From NCBI GenBank assembly GCA_951406725.2, contig OX597823.1, forward strand, positions 17,360,001 through 17,424,000: 64,000 bases of DNA, given 5' to 3'. Positions 1 to 14,059 of the stretch are shown here, in pieces. Within the stretch, counting starts at the first letter, position 1, and each line of letters opens with the position of its first letter. The position numbers were made by a program, and so were the translations under genes. A model generated the notes under the pieces. The model ran no database searches, had not been told where the DNA came from, and worked only from the letters and a program-made list of their open reading frames with translations. This DNA comes from Octopus vulgaris. Lineage: Eukaryota.

Positions 1-6
1 GTAAGT
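1..6 (+). other. possible 5' splice donor (GTAAGT) at window start
   Basis: First six bases match the canonical donor consensus. No upstream exon is visible, so this could be chance. Confidence 0.3.
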
Positions 7-355
7 CTTGAAACGTGAGAGGCACAATTTCAGTTTGGCATATTGTTTGTTATTTGAAACGATGTGCTGGTAAGGAAGTATAAAACTGTCATAAAATAAG
101 TATTAAAAAGAAGAAAAAAAAATGGAACGTTTGTTATTTCGAATAACACACATTTTCCAAATACATACACAAGTGTATTTACATATATTTACAGATGTAT
201 ATCTATAAATTTCTGTCGATTCACCGAGAGGCGATAAATTTCAGAACTCAATACGTATTCATTAATATAACTGAAAGGTTCAAAATTTCAGTACTCCAAG
301 TTACACGTTTCCAATCATAGATTTCCATACAAGCATATCTGTATAAAACTATGTT

Positions 356-386
<31 letters not shown>

Positions 387-393
387 ATATATA

Positions 394-676
394 TATTCAA
401 AGAAGACTGCAGTGTACGTTCAAACACAAAAGAGATACCCGAAGAATAGGATATCTGACTCGCTAGAAAGAGCAGTTAAAAACTCCTAGCCACCAATTGT
501 TGTAATTCCGAAAGTGATTGGAAAATAAAAACTTTTACCTTTTATTTTCCAATCACTTTCGGAATTACAACAATTGGTGGCTAGGAGTTTTTAACTGCTC
601 TTTCTAGCGAGTCAGATATCCTATTCTTCGGGTATCTCTTTTCTGTTTGAACGTACACTGCATTCTTCCTTGAATA
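394..676. mobile_element. fold-back element in (TA)n, probable Penelope-like remnant
   Basis: Near-perfect inverted arms 394-530 and 540-676 with a 9-nt loop, between TA tracts. The Penelope assignment is inference. Confidence 0.7.
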
Positions 677-760
677 ATATATAGTCTATTGACTAATTTT
701 TTCTTTCTCACTAGACCACTGGTGACTAATAATTTTTCTATGAATATTCTTGCTACCCTA

Positions 761-823
<63 letters not shown>

Positions 824-1321
824 AGCTTAGAGAAGAAGGAACGAAGCGAAACGAAACGAATCGAATCGACGCGAGGGCACTCAGTCATACAATAGTGTAA
901 GAAATAAAATATATGCATACATACAAACATATATGTACGTACCTACATCTACATGTATATATACATACATATATAAATATATATACGTGTGTACAGGACA
1001 CCACAAATAGACGTAGAACTCAACGAGAAACGAAAAAGTAAAAACACCATGGAACGGACCATTTTTTAACAACGAAAAAACAGAGTACAAGACAACTGCA
1101 CAAGGAAAAATCCCCTTACATATATATATATATATATATATATATACGCGCGCACGCACACACACACACACACACTCTGTAGAGATAACTTGAAAAGTGA
1201 TTAAACTGCTCAACCAACACAAACAGTAAGACATAATATTAACTTGTAAAGCCTTAAATAATACTTGGCAGCATATTATGGTTACATAACGAAATACAGT
1301 GCATATTCATTCTTATTTTGT

Positions 1322-1364
1322 TATCTATCTATCCATCTATCTATCCAGCCATCTATCTCTATAC

Positions 1365-1439
<75 letters not shown>

Positions 1440-1455
1440 CCTATCTATCTATCTA
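1322..1455 (+). repeat. (TATC)n microsatellite
   Basis: Direct reading. Confidence 0.95.
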
Positions 1456-1514
1456 TTGAAAACAGAGGGTTACCTACTTGCAAATAAATGTGGTAACATG
1501 TAACAATATTGACC

Positions 1515-1717
1515 GAGGTTACCGTGGTCTTTTCCGTAGGCTTTTCTTCCCACGGATAAACCTTATCTGCTTCCCCTTTACACCTTACATCTGTGATACA
1601 CGATCCCTATTGATCGTTTTTTTCTCTTCCTTCTTTGTTTCTTTTTCTTTTTTAAAAAAAATTTTCTTCTTTCTGCTTTCCCTTTTACGATCCCTTTTGA
1701 TCGAAAACCTATCCCAC

Positions 1718-1778
<61 letters not shown>

Positions 1779-1860
1779 TTCTTCTCCCCCAAAAAAGAAA
1801 AGCTCTACTTTGTAATCTGTCCCGTCTGTGTGCAGCCCTGTGTGGCTAATAAAGAAACAT
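1515..1860 (+). mobile_element. probable LINE (Tx1/L1-like) 3' end, interrupted by (TA)n
   Basis: Ends in TTGTAATCTGTCCCGTCTGTGTGCAGCCCTGTGTGGCTAATAAAGAAA, similar to the tail of SINE family A and of the 42248 insert. Confidence 0.45.
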
Positions 1861-2329
1861 ATCTATCTGTCTATCTATCTGTCGCTATATATACATATTT
1901 TTTTTCTTGTTTCAGCTCAGAGCTGCGGCCATGCTGATGTACCATATATATATATACTTGTGTAGTGTACACACACACAAGGAAAAACCAGTAGCGCCGG
2001 CAGAGAGCTCCTCCAAATGTTTGTCGCTGTATTCGAGACTTTCACTCCCGTGTCTGCCTCTACAGCCACAGCAGACGCTGCCCCGCTATCAGCAGCTGAC
2101 ACAATTTCTTCGGGTGCCGATCCACGGTCCCTCGAGATCGACGGATGCCTATTACATATTTCTATACATCTATCCATGTATGTAATGCATTCACACATAT
2201 ATACCACAAAATATACATACACACATCTATATTTTATCAATACCTAATCCGACACAAGCCTATGCTTTAGTGTTGATTGTTTGTCGGAGAAACTGTGTAG
2301 TCAGTGCCATAATAGAGATTGATAATATA

Positions 2330-2983
2330 TTTATTTCTATATTGCCCATAGGGGGCTAAACATAGAGGGGACAAATAAGAACAGACAAAGGGATTAAGTC
2401 GATTACATCGACCCAGTGCGTAATTGGTACTTATTTCATCGACTCCGAAAGGATGAAAGACAAAGTCGACCACGGCAGAATTCAAACTCAGAACGTAAAG
2501 ACATGAAATACTGCTCAGCATTTCGTCCAGCGTGCTAACGTTTCTTATTTCTTTACTGCCCACAAGGGGCTAAACATAGAGGGGACAAACAAGGACAGAC
2601 AAAGGGACCTTTGTCATCGACCCCAGTGCATAACTGGTACTTATTTCATCGACTCCGAAAGGATGAAAGACAAAGTCGACCACGGCAGAATTCAAACTCA
2701 GAACGTAAAGACATGAAATACTGCTCAGCATTTCGTCCAGCGTGCTAACGTTTCTTATTTCTTTACTGCCCACAAGGGGCTAAACATAGAGGGGACAAAC
2801 AAGGACAGACAAAGGGACCTTTGTCATCGACCCCAGTGCATAACTGGTACTTATTTCATCGACTCCGAAAGGATGAAAGATAAAGTCGACCACGGCAGAA
2901 TTCGAACTCAGAACGTAAAGGTAGACGAAATACCGCTCAGTATTTCGCCCGGCGTGCTAACGTTTCTGCCAGCCCACCGCTTT
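2330..2983 (-). mobile_element. SINE family A, tandem trimer (~210-bp period)
   Basis: Three copies of the reverse complement of the core GAGTTCAAATTCCGCCGAGGTCGACTTTGCCTTTCATCCTTTCGGGGTCGATAAA. Head at ~2983. Confidence 0.9.
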
Positions 2984-3384
2984 AAAGATTGCTGATATGT
3001 TGTAAACCCTTGCTACACTGAGTTTCATTCGTGTGTGTATATGATCTTCAGGTAAGTCTATATACAATGGCTTGTGGTATTTTGGTTATAGTGTTAGTTG
3101 CATAATCATAACGTTGTGGGTTCAATTCCTGGATCATATGGCATATTGTGTCCTTGAGCAAAGCCCTCAAGTTTACGTTGCGCCAGTCTACTCTACCGGT
3201 TTTTGGTGTAGGTCTCTTAAACAATGAGCACATCTCGGATGTACTACACTCGGTGGAGCGGGCCGAGAGCATGTTAATGTCTGTTTGCGACTACATAGGC
3301 ACCTAAAACGATCAAGGTGTGACCAATCTATATTTGCTTGCGTGTGATAGCCGGTTATATTTTGCTGTAATATTCTTTCTACTG

Positions 3385-3838
3385 AGGCGGTGAGCTGGCA
3401 GAAACGTTAGCACGTCGGGCGAAATGCTTTGCGGTATTTCGTCTGCCATTACGTTCTGAGTTCAAATTCCGCGGAGGTCGACTTTGCCTTTCATCATTTC
3501 GGGGGTCGATAAATTAAGTAGCAGTTACGAACTGGGATCGATATAATCGACTTAATCCGTTTGTCTGTCCTTGTTTGTCCTCTCTGTGTTTAGCCCCTTG
3601 TGGGTAGTAAAGAAATAGGTATTTCGTCTGCCGCTACGTTCTGAGTTCAAATTCCGTCGAGGTCGATTTTGCCTTTCATCCTTTCGGAGCCGATTAAATA
3701 AGTACCAGTTACGCACTGGGTCGATGTAATCGACTTAATACCTATGTCTGTCCTTGTTTGTCCCCTCTTGTGGGCAATAAATAAATAAGAAACGTTAGTA
3801 TGCCGGATGAAATGCTTAGCGGTACTTCGTCTGTCTTT
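3385..3838 (+). mobile_element. SINE family A multimer
   Basis: GGCGGTGAGCTGGCAGAAACGTTAGC head, B-box-like GAGTTCAAATTCC, two cores and a partial third head. Confidence 0.9.
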
Positions 3839-4261
3839 TATTGCTATTTAACGCCACCAGGATGAGCTAAACCACTAGTTCCCAAACTGCGGATGAATAT
3901 AGATGGAGTTTAAATATTGCGATGCCATCTTGAAAGCTGCACTCTGTCCGAACTTCGAGGCAAGCTCGCACGGAGGGCTAACTAGGCCTGCGGCCTAAAA
4001 CTAAAGAGAGCTAGACACCCACAGAAACCTTTTCAGTAGATTGGAGAAAAAGATCAAATTGACCTATTTCATTGCTATTTAACACCACCAGGATGAACTA
4101 AACCACTAGTTCTCAAACTGCAGATTACATATTACGATACTATCTTAAAAACCGCACTCTGTGTGGACTTTTAGGCAAGCTCCCTCGGAGGGCTAATTGG
4201 GCCTGTGACCCAAAACTAAAGAGAGCTAAATAGCATGGCTATAATACGTCTATAATGATTA

Positions 4262-4485
4262 TTGGCAGAAACGTTAGCACGCCGGGCGAAATGCGTAGCC
4301 GTATTTCGTCTGTCGTTACGTTCTGAGTTCAAATTCCGCCGAGGTCGACTTTCCCTTTCATCCTTTCGGGGTCGATAAATAAAGTACCATTTTCCCACTG
4401 GGGTCGATGTAATCGAATTAATCCGTTTGTCTCTGTTCTTGTTTGTCCTCTCTGTGTTTAGCCCCTTGTGGGCAGTAAAGAAATA
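4262..4485 (+). mobile_element. SINE family A monomer
   Basis: Same head, core and tail. Confidence 0.9.
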
Positions 4486-5028
4486 TATATACCCCGCTGG
4501 TGTTTGATCAGAGGTTAATGACGGATGAGAATTAATTCTGTAATGCCATCATTCTCTTGTTCCAGTCCCAAGTTGAATCCCGACTGTTGGCCAATTTGTC
4601 CCAAATTTCTTATCTCGACGTAAAATTAACGAAGCGAATGTCACTTATCTTCTCCTTGATTTCTGACGTCATATAACAAACGCCAACTAAGATGGCTTGA
4701 ATCAGCCAAGCTACACCTGCTAGAAATAACAACCCAAATGCTTTTAAATCAGATCCCATTGCTGGATGCTCAAGAAACAAATGAAGGGCAGATTTTTTCA
4801 CTCCCGGTATCATTCTGATTCCCAAAACGTATAATATGTCTATGTAGAAAAAATGTAGACTGAGACACAGGGGTCTCAGACAGAGAGAATGTCGCTTTTA
4901 TTATGACAGATATGCAAATGAGTGCCTAGACAAATAAACTCATTTACATAATATTATGAAAGTGACGGCGTGACAGTCAGTAATATAGTTCCAAAATAAA
5001 GTGTGGCAAATGAATAAATAAAATATAT

Positions 5029-5120
5029 GAAGTTACATCCATGACTCTTTAGTCATGCTGTGAAGTTACATCTATGAATATTTAGTCGTGCTGTGAAATT
5101 ACACCCATGTGAGTCTTTTC
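5029..5120 (+). repeat. ~33-bp minisatellite x3
   Basis: GAAGTTACATCCATGACTCTTTAGTCATGCTGT repeated with variation. Confidence 0.8.
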
Positions 5121-5346
5121 GCTGACATATCTAAAACAAACCAACTGGTAGGTATACATTTGGCAATTAACGTTGGAGAAAGGTTACGTAACATATCGTA
5201 AATCACGAGAGTTATTTCTGCATATGGAAAGTAATTATTTTTGGTGACATAACTCCTAGAAAGATCATGCAGACTAACAAACGAGCAGACTAATGAGATT
5301 TCGACTTCGATGCGTCTCATCAACCTCAACGTACTTATTAATAAAG

Positions 5347-5606
5347 GGTACTAGTAGCGTAGACTGGACCCGGTTTGCGCACACGCGCAGACGCCGCGAA
5401 TCGGGGACGTGCGATACAAGTATATATCGTATATATACAAGTATATATCGTATACAAGTATATATCGTATACAAGTATATATCGTATATATCGATACAAG
5501 TATATATCGTATATATCGTGCATGTGCCAGTCAGCTCGTAGGATCGACTGCCTACGTCTGGCTAGCGCGTATGCGCAAACCGGGTCCAGTCTACGCTACT
5601 AGTACC
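5347..5606. mobile_element. MITE with ~42-bp TIRs and 9-bp TSD (Mutator- or Merlin-type)
   Basis: TIR GGTACTAGTAGCGTAGACTGGACCCGGTTTGCGCA. TSD TTAATAAAG at 5338-5346 and 5607-5615. Internal TACAAGTATATATCG repeats. Confidence 0.9.
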
Positions 5607-5834
5607 TTAATAAAGTACGTTCTTTTAATGAAACAGACAAAATAAATCGAAATCGAGACTTTTTGGCTATTAGACCGATATATGTGACCCCTAAGGAGTT
5701 ATATAATTCAAAATCGTTTTAGAAAAAGTTTGAAAATATTGCTTGCAATGAATTAATAAATTCATGTTCGATAGTGCGTTACGTAATTCTCCTACTAAAA
5801 TTCTTTCATTTCACCAACATATTATATAGCAATA

Positions 5835-6146
5835 TCACCGTGATCACCGTGACCGACCAGGCTATCAGGTGTTGCTACATATCGCTGGTCACAATGCGCT
5901 TCGCATTGCTTTAGCCTTCAAATGACGCCACCCCGCTGGCTAAACGAGCAGGCCAACAGAAGAAAGAATGAGAGAAAGATGCGGCGAAAGAGTACAGCAG
6001 GGATCGCCACCATCCCCTGCCGGAACCTCGTGGAGCTTTAGGTGTTTTCTCTCAATAAACATTCACAATGCCCAGTCTGGGAATCGAAACCGCGATCCTA
6101 CAACCGTCAGTATGCTGCCCTAACCACTGGGCCATTGCGCCTCCAC
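5835..6146 (-). mobile_element. tRNA-derived SINE family C (tail type 1)
   Basis: Minus strand GTGGAGGCGCAATGGCCCAGTGGTTAGGGCAGC...GGTTTCGATTCCCAGAC (A and B boxes). Flanks ATAGCAATAT/ATAGTAATAT. Confidence 0.85.
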
Positions 6147-6303
6147 AGATAGTAATATATTAGTTACAAAATACATGATGTTTGGGCTAAATTTGACGAT
6201 GTTTTATGTCTTCTTTTTCAGGAAGAGCTTGCTATATTGGTTAATGGTGTTAGAGTTAAGAGCATAAATTTTAAAGTTGTAATTGAGAAAAAAGTAAGCA
6301 GAT

Positions 6304-6735
6304 ATGGAAGACTGAAAGTCGTCTGAATATTGGAAAAAAATTACCTGTATCGTGATGATTCGAACTGCGTATCAAAATGCCGACATCATGGCTGCTGCTC
6401 AATGTTCTGTGAACATTACAAAGGCTATAAGACGTGGCACGAACGGCTGCAATGGAGACTACGAAGCTGTGGTCTGCAGGAAGGGACACAGTAGGCGTTC
6501 TGACTGCCTTTGTACACCGGAATTTCGCCCAGCAACTGCATGAACAGGGCCTAAGGCTCAGTTCAGACGGCTACGTGAAGCTGCTAGAGACTGTGCTGAA
6601 TCTCTGGTTTGAAAGGGTTGCTGCTTGTAGGCCATATGTCTTGGCGGTGAAGATTCGTCTCATTGCCATATCTTCGGAAAGTGTCAGAAGTGGTTGTTGA
6701 GAGAATTTCTACAACTTCAGCAGCCCCAATTTCAT
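6304..6735 (+). mobile_element. internally deleted Tc1/mariner (maT/DD37D-like) transposase relic
   Basis: Translates to ...DIMAAAQCSVN...RKGHSRRSDCLCTPEF, fused to EQGLRLSSDGYVKLLETVLNLWFERVAACRPYV and DSSHCHIFGKCQKWL...NFYNFSSPNF. This resembles the PYVWQQDSAPCHTS motif; frameshifted. Confidence 0.8.
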
Positions 6736-7689
6736 TTACAAATAACACTCAATTTGTGATTTCTAAAAAATTATTTTTCCTCACGTGATGTTTTACCGTC
6801 CATTTTAAGATCATCTGTCGATAATGTGTATCTGGTTTACTTTACATAGAAAGTATCTTTCATTTTTTTTTCAAAATATAAATAGATAAGAGTTCCTAGT
6901 TTCTGTGGTCGACTTCTCTTTTCTTTATAAATTTCACATTAGCAGACGTGCGACTCATTTTGATCTGCAGTAACCATTTCTTGATTATGCTTTTAAATAA
7001 ATACGTCACTGTTGCAAACAGTGGACTAAACCTTTGTAGTAACATTTGAAGTGTTTTATCTTCGATATACACTAAATAAATTAATATAAGCTATTGGAGA
7101 GGAAGAAGGCTCAATACTAAATTGTTCAAAATTAATTTGAATCTTGGGAATCTAAATTACAAATCGCTATATGGCTGAATAAAAAGAATTCATATATCTT
7201 TTTTAGACTGAAGTACTTTGGCATGTTTTCCATTTCAATGAATTTTTGGTTTATGAACTCGTGTTTATGAGGTTGAAACAGTTCATCTTTATCTTTCGCA
7301 TAAATATCGAAGTACAATTGACTAGCGATAGCAAGGATTACTTTTGTCTTATTATTTAGAAGAATCTTTCCGTAGACTGATGGCAGATTTTTTTTCCTGC
7401 GACTTTCATAGTTTTCTTTGCATTTGCTTTAGTCTGCTTTTATTATTTTCACTGCATCTAGAAACATCGAACAATTTTCAGGTTTCTTTGCACTGAGCCT
7501 TCCTTATCAGTAGCATATATTAATTGATCAAATGTGTGCCGAAGATAATACACTTTAAATGTTGATGACTCAGTTCATTGTTTGCAGAAGTGACGTATTT
7601 TGAAAGTATAACCATTAACCTAATATTTGGATGGCAATATTGTGGAAACTGGATGACGAAGTGGTTTATTTCTGAACAGTAAGGAGTGG

Positions 7690-7849
7690 CGTAGGCGTGG
7701 CTGTGTGGTAAGTAGCTTGCTTACCAACCACATGGTTCCGGGTTCAGTCCCACTGTGTGACACCTTGGGCAAGTGTCTTCTACTATAGCCTCGGGCCGAC
7801 TAAAGCCTTGTGAGTGGATTTGGTAGACGGAAACTGAAAGAAGCCCGTC

Positions 7850-7891
<42 letters not shown>

Positions 7892-8105
7892 TTGTGTGTC
7901 TGTGTTTGTCCCCCCAACATCGCTTGACAACCGATGCTGGTGTGTTTACATCCCCCGTAACTCAGCGGTTCGGCAAAAGAGACCGATAGAATAAGTACTA
8001 GGCTTACGAAGAATAAGTCATGGGGTCGACTTGCTCGACTAAAAGGTGGTGCTCCATCATGGCCACAGTCAAATGACTGAAACAAGTGAAAGAGTGAAAG
8101 AGTAA
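7690..8105 (+). mobile_element. tRNA-derived CORE-type SINE family B
   Basis: GTGGCTGTGTGGTAAG...GGTTCAGTCCC head, CCTTGGGCAAGT core motif, internal TA/TG tract, tail ending GACTGAAACAAGT. Confidence 0.9.
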
Positions 8106-8634
8106 CATAAAAAATGGAATTTTTTTTGTCTTCACAAAATTGTTTTCCTTCAGTAAAAAGTGATGCAAAAACCTCTCCTCAAACAATGCAGTCGTATCCC
8201 AATATGTCTTTTTATTTTCCTTCTATATGACAGAATACTGAAACATAAAATGTGTCACACTCAAATCTATTTAGCATTATAAAAGAAATGCTAAGCTGTA
8301 TTTAGATCTAATACATATATACAAACATCAAAGTATCTGACCCAAAACATACGTGCCTTTCTAAAAGCAGTGTAATGCACATTTACCTTTATCAAGGGTA
8401 TCGCTCTGACTATGAACTGACAAAATTCTCCAAGTATACGGGTGGTATATGATAAATTATCTGAGTCATCTACTTTAGTTACGCAGTTTCTGTTGAAAAA
8501 AATTATACAGAGTACTCAAAATCTGCGGTTAAAATATATTTGAAGGTCAACTTAGGAAATAAATATGATGTAAAAAATAAAATCTCTCCTAACAAGAAAA
8601 TATTTTGTAATTGAATGATTTACATACAATGTAC

Positions 8635-8951
8635 TACGGTTTATCCAATCACTCGAACAGTCTACTCGTGAAATTAACGTGCAAGTGGTTGATCACTCCA
8701 CAGATACGTGTACCCTTAATGTGGCTCTCGGGCAGATTCAGCGTGACAAGGCTGGCCCTTTGAAATACAGGTACAACAGAAACAAGAGAGAAAGAGTACA
8801 GCAGGGTTCGTTACCCCAGCCTCTGCTGGAGACTCGTGGAGCTTTAGGTGATTTCGCTCAATAAAGACTCACAACACCCGGTCTGAGAATCGAAACCGCG
8901 ATCCTATGACCTCGAGTTCGCTGCCCTAACCACTGGGCCATTGCGCCTCCA
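8635..8951 (-). mobile_element. SINE family C (tail type 2)
   Basis: Same head as 5835-6146. TSD ACATACAATGTA on both sides. Confidence 0.85.
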
Positions 8952-9274
8952 CACATACAATGTATATAGTAAATATTTTAGTTGTAAAGAAGACATGCAA
9001 ATACACATACACACACATACACACACATTCCTTTTGGAATTTATTTTGTAGGCTCAAATAAAGTTATAAATAATAGCATACAAATACTAATTTGAAAAGC
9101 CTTTTTGGATAAATAAAAGTCGAAGGCTGCCTGGGGGGCTCGGACCCACATCCCCTCTAGTCAGGACAGGCGATTTACCATAGTTCCAAAGCAATCGCTC
9201 GAATTTGTAAACTTCCGAGTGAACGTGGAAGAATTCTTTTAAGGAATTGGTTCTCGAAGTACGTATAAAGTTAT

Positions 9275-11080
<1,806 letters not shown>

Positions 11081-11185
11081 GTGGTTTCTAAATGAGGCAC
11101 AAAGCCAGCAATTTTGAGGGAAGGAGAAGTATATACATACACATTATACAAATATACGAGTATACATATGTACACAAACATACAT

Positions 11186-11597
11186 GGCGGTGAGCTGGCG
11201 GACATGTTAGCACGCTGGGCGAAATGCTTAGCAGCATTTCGTTAGCCGTTACGTTCTGAGTTCAAATTCCGCCGAGGTCGACTTTGCCTTTCATCCTTTC
11301 GGGGTCAATTAAATAAGTACCAGTTACGCACTGGGGTCGATATAATCGACTTAATCCGTTTGTCTGTCCTAGTTTGTCCTCTCTGTATTTAGCCCCTTGG
11401 GGGTAGTAAAGAAATGGGTATTTCTTCTGTCTTTGGTCTGAGTTCAAATTCCGCCGAGTTCGACTTTGCCTTTCATCCTTTCGACGTCGATAAATTAAGT
11501 ACCGGTTATGCACTGGCGTCAATGTAATTGACTTAATTCTTTTGTCTGTTCTTGTTTGTCCCCTCTATGTTTAGCCCCTTGTGGGCAATAAAAAAAT
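11186..11597 (+). mobile_element. SINE family A dimer
   Basis: Two cores. TSD ACAAACATACATG flanks the whole dimer. Confidence 0.9.
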
Positions 11598-11874
11598 AAT
11601 AACAAACATACATGCATATACTTACGTACATACATGTAAGCACTAATTTTGTTTTGGGATTAGGATTAACAGGGAATTGAAAAGAAAACATGTTTGTGTT
11701 CGTTTGTTTTAAATATAGATATAAAAAATATATCTGTATACATACTTACATATATAATATAATGTATAATATATATATTTATATAACATATATAATATAA
11801 ATAAATAAATAAATATATATAAATAAAAATATATATATATATAAATATAAATATATATATATATAAATATATAA

Positions 11875-11935
<61 letters not shown>

Positions 11936-12394
11936 TATCTGTGCGTGTGTGCGTGTGTGTATATGTTGTGTGTGTGTGTGTGTGTGTGTATGAGAGAGAG
12001 ATTCGAAAACGGACGTTCACTTTCATTTGGCTGTCACATAAATCATCTTGTTATGATTCTATAATTATTGACGCGCGGTCATCAACCTTCTTAAATTAAA
12101 TAAATGAGGTTATGTTTTAAAACTTCTGTTTATTTTTCCTGTAAGAAATTCTATTCTTCTTTGTACTTGGTAAGCGTTGCTTGCAAAAAATTTTATTGGA
12201 AGCTGAAACCCCACAGCTCTGTTCGTGTCTGTGTGTGTCTGTGTGTGAGTGTATGTGTAGGTGTAAATATATGTTACGTATGTGTGCGTGTGTCTATATC
12301 TGTACGAATACACAAACACACACACACACACACATGGCTGTGTGGTAAGCAGTTCGTTTCCCAACTAGATTCTTTCAGGTTCACTCCCATTGTG

Positions 12395-12819
12395 GGATCT
12401 TTTCGATTTGAACGGCAGTTTTTAACATAATTTCTAGGTAACTAAACAATTTTAAACTTCGTATACTGGTAGAATGTGTTTATAAAACATATTTTTCTTT
12501 TGACTTTATTGAGAAAATTCTATAATTTGTAAGATATTTGTTGTTTTTTTCTTCAATTTCTGCAATTTCAACCAATCAGTGACGTCTATTGAGTTAAAAA
12601 TTATTCTGTGCCGTATGAATATGTCCCTCGTTTAAGAAACAGATTGGGCTTATTTACATTTGTGAAGAAAAAATATACCCTTCCTCCACCCCTAACCCTA
12701 ACTAACCCTAACCCTAAAACAGATTGAAATGCACTAGATCGATACTAGGGTCATAATTATGGGTGACAATTTCATATGACACCGCTAGAAAAAAACTGCC
12801 ATTCAAACCCAAAAGATCC
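12395..12819 (+). mobile_element. MITE family M copy 1 (GGATC termini, 8-bp TSD, Merlin-like)
   Basis: TIR GGATCTTTTCG(G/A)TTTGAACGGCAGTTTTT. TSD CCATTGTG at 12387-12394 and 12820-12827. Inserted in a SINE B head. Confidence 0.92.
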
Positions 12820-12849
12820 CCATTGTGTGACATCTTTGGCAAGAGAGTG

Positions 12850-12875
12850 GTACTCCGTCGGTTACGACGACGACT

Positions 12876-12910
<35 letters not shown>

Positions 12911-13203
12911 CACCACCACCACGACTGCTAAGGTTCCAGTTGATCCGACCAACGGAACAACCTGCTCGTGAAATTAACGTGCAAGTGGCTGAGAACTCCA
13001 CAGAAACGCGTATCCTTAATGTACTGACACAAAATGTGACAAGGTTGGCGCTTTGAAATACAGGTACTACTCATTTTTGCAAGCTGGTTGGACTGGGGAA
13101 ACGTAAAATAAAGTGTCTTGCTCAAGAACAAAACGCGCCGCCGGGAACGGAACTCACGACCTTGGGATTGCGAACCAAATGCTTTAACCATAAGCCACGC
13201 GTC
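12850..13203 (-). mobile_element. tRNA-derived CORE-type SINE family D
   Basis: Minus strand GCGTGGCTTATGGTTAAAGC...TTCTTGAGCAAGACACTTTATTT; tail shared with family C type 2. Confidence 0.8.
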
Positions 13204-13324
13204 AGCAGGATGGTGTGGAAACCCGCCTTAATCATCAAGCATGCTTGGTGGTGTTGCCGCGTTGATTGCCGATGGCCCGACCATACAACATGTTGAATTT
13301 GGTTGCAGCGACGACCTGACAATT

Positions 13325-13500
13325 CTTTTATTCTTTTACATGTTTCAGTCATTTGACTGTGGCCATGCTGGAGCATCGCCTTTAGTCGAGCAAATCGACC
13401 CCAGGACTTATTCTTTGTAAGCCTAGTACTTATTCTATCGGTATCTTTTGCTGAACAGCTAAGTTACGGGGGCTTAAACACACCAGCATCGATTGTCAAG

Positions 13501-13535
<35 letters not shown>

Positions 13536-13690
13536 ACACGACAGACTTCTTTCAGTTTTCCTCTACCGAATCCATCACAATGCTTCAGTCGGTCCGAGGC
13601 TAGAGTAGACAACACTTGCCCAAGGTGCCATGCAGTGGGACTGAATCCGGAACCACGTGGTTGGGCAGCAAACTTCTTACTACTTAGTCA
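13325..13690 (-). mobile_element. SINE family B
   Basis: Reverse complement of the family B body and tail. Confidence 0.85.
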
Positions 13691-13887
13691 CGTGTGTGTA
13701 TGTGTGTGTTCTTCGGTGTTGTGTATGTGCACGCACGCATGCGTGCGTGTGCGTCCGAGTGTGTGTGTGTGGCAAAAATTTGAATTTCACACCTTTTACA
13801 AGTTCACAAGCGTTTTAACACCAAATGCATGGTGTGCACCTTGCTAAACCATGATGGTAACGGATACTCCAGCCACAAGCTCACGCC

Positions 13888-13921
<34 letters not shown>

Positions 13922-14059
13922 AGCAAAGCAAAAAAAAAACAAAAAGCAACAAAGAACCCAAACATGCTGCTGCGGATCCACTATGGATTCTTTCGGGTTC
14001 TACCCATTCTCTTGCCATTATAGTGCTGGCTGTCTTCCAGGCCATGTACTCCTTGTAAA

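Noticed and set aside
12689-12716. Telomere or chromosome-fusion site
   Set aside because: Only a few CCCTAA units, always internal to MITE M.
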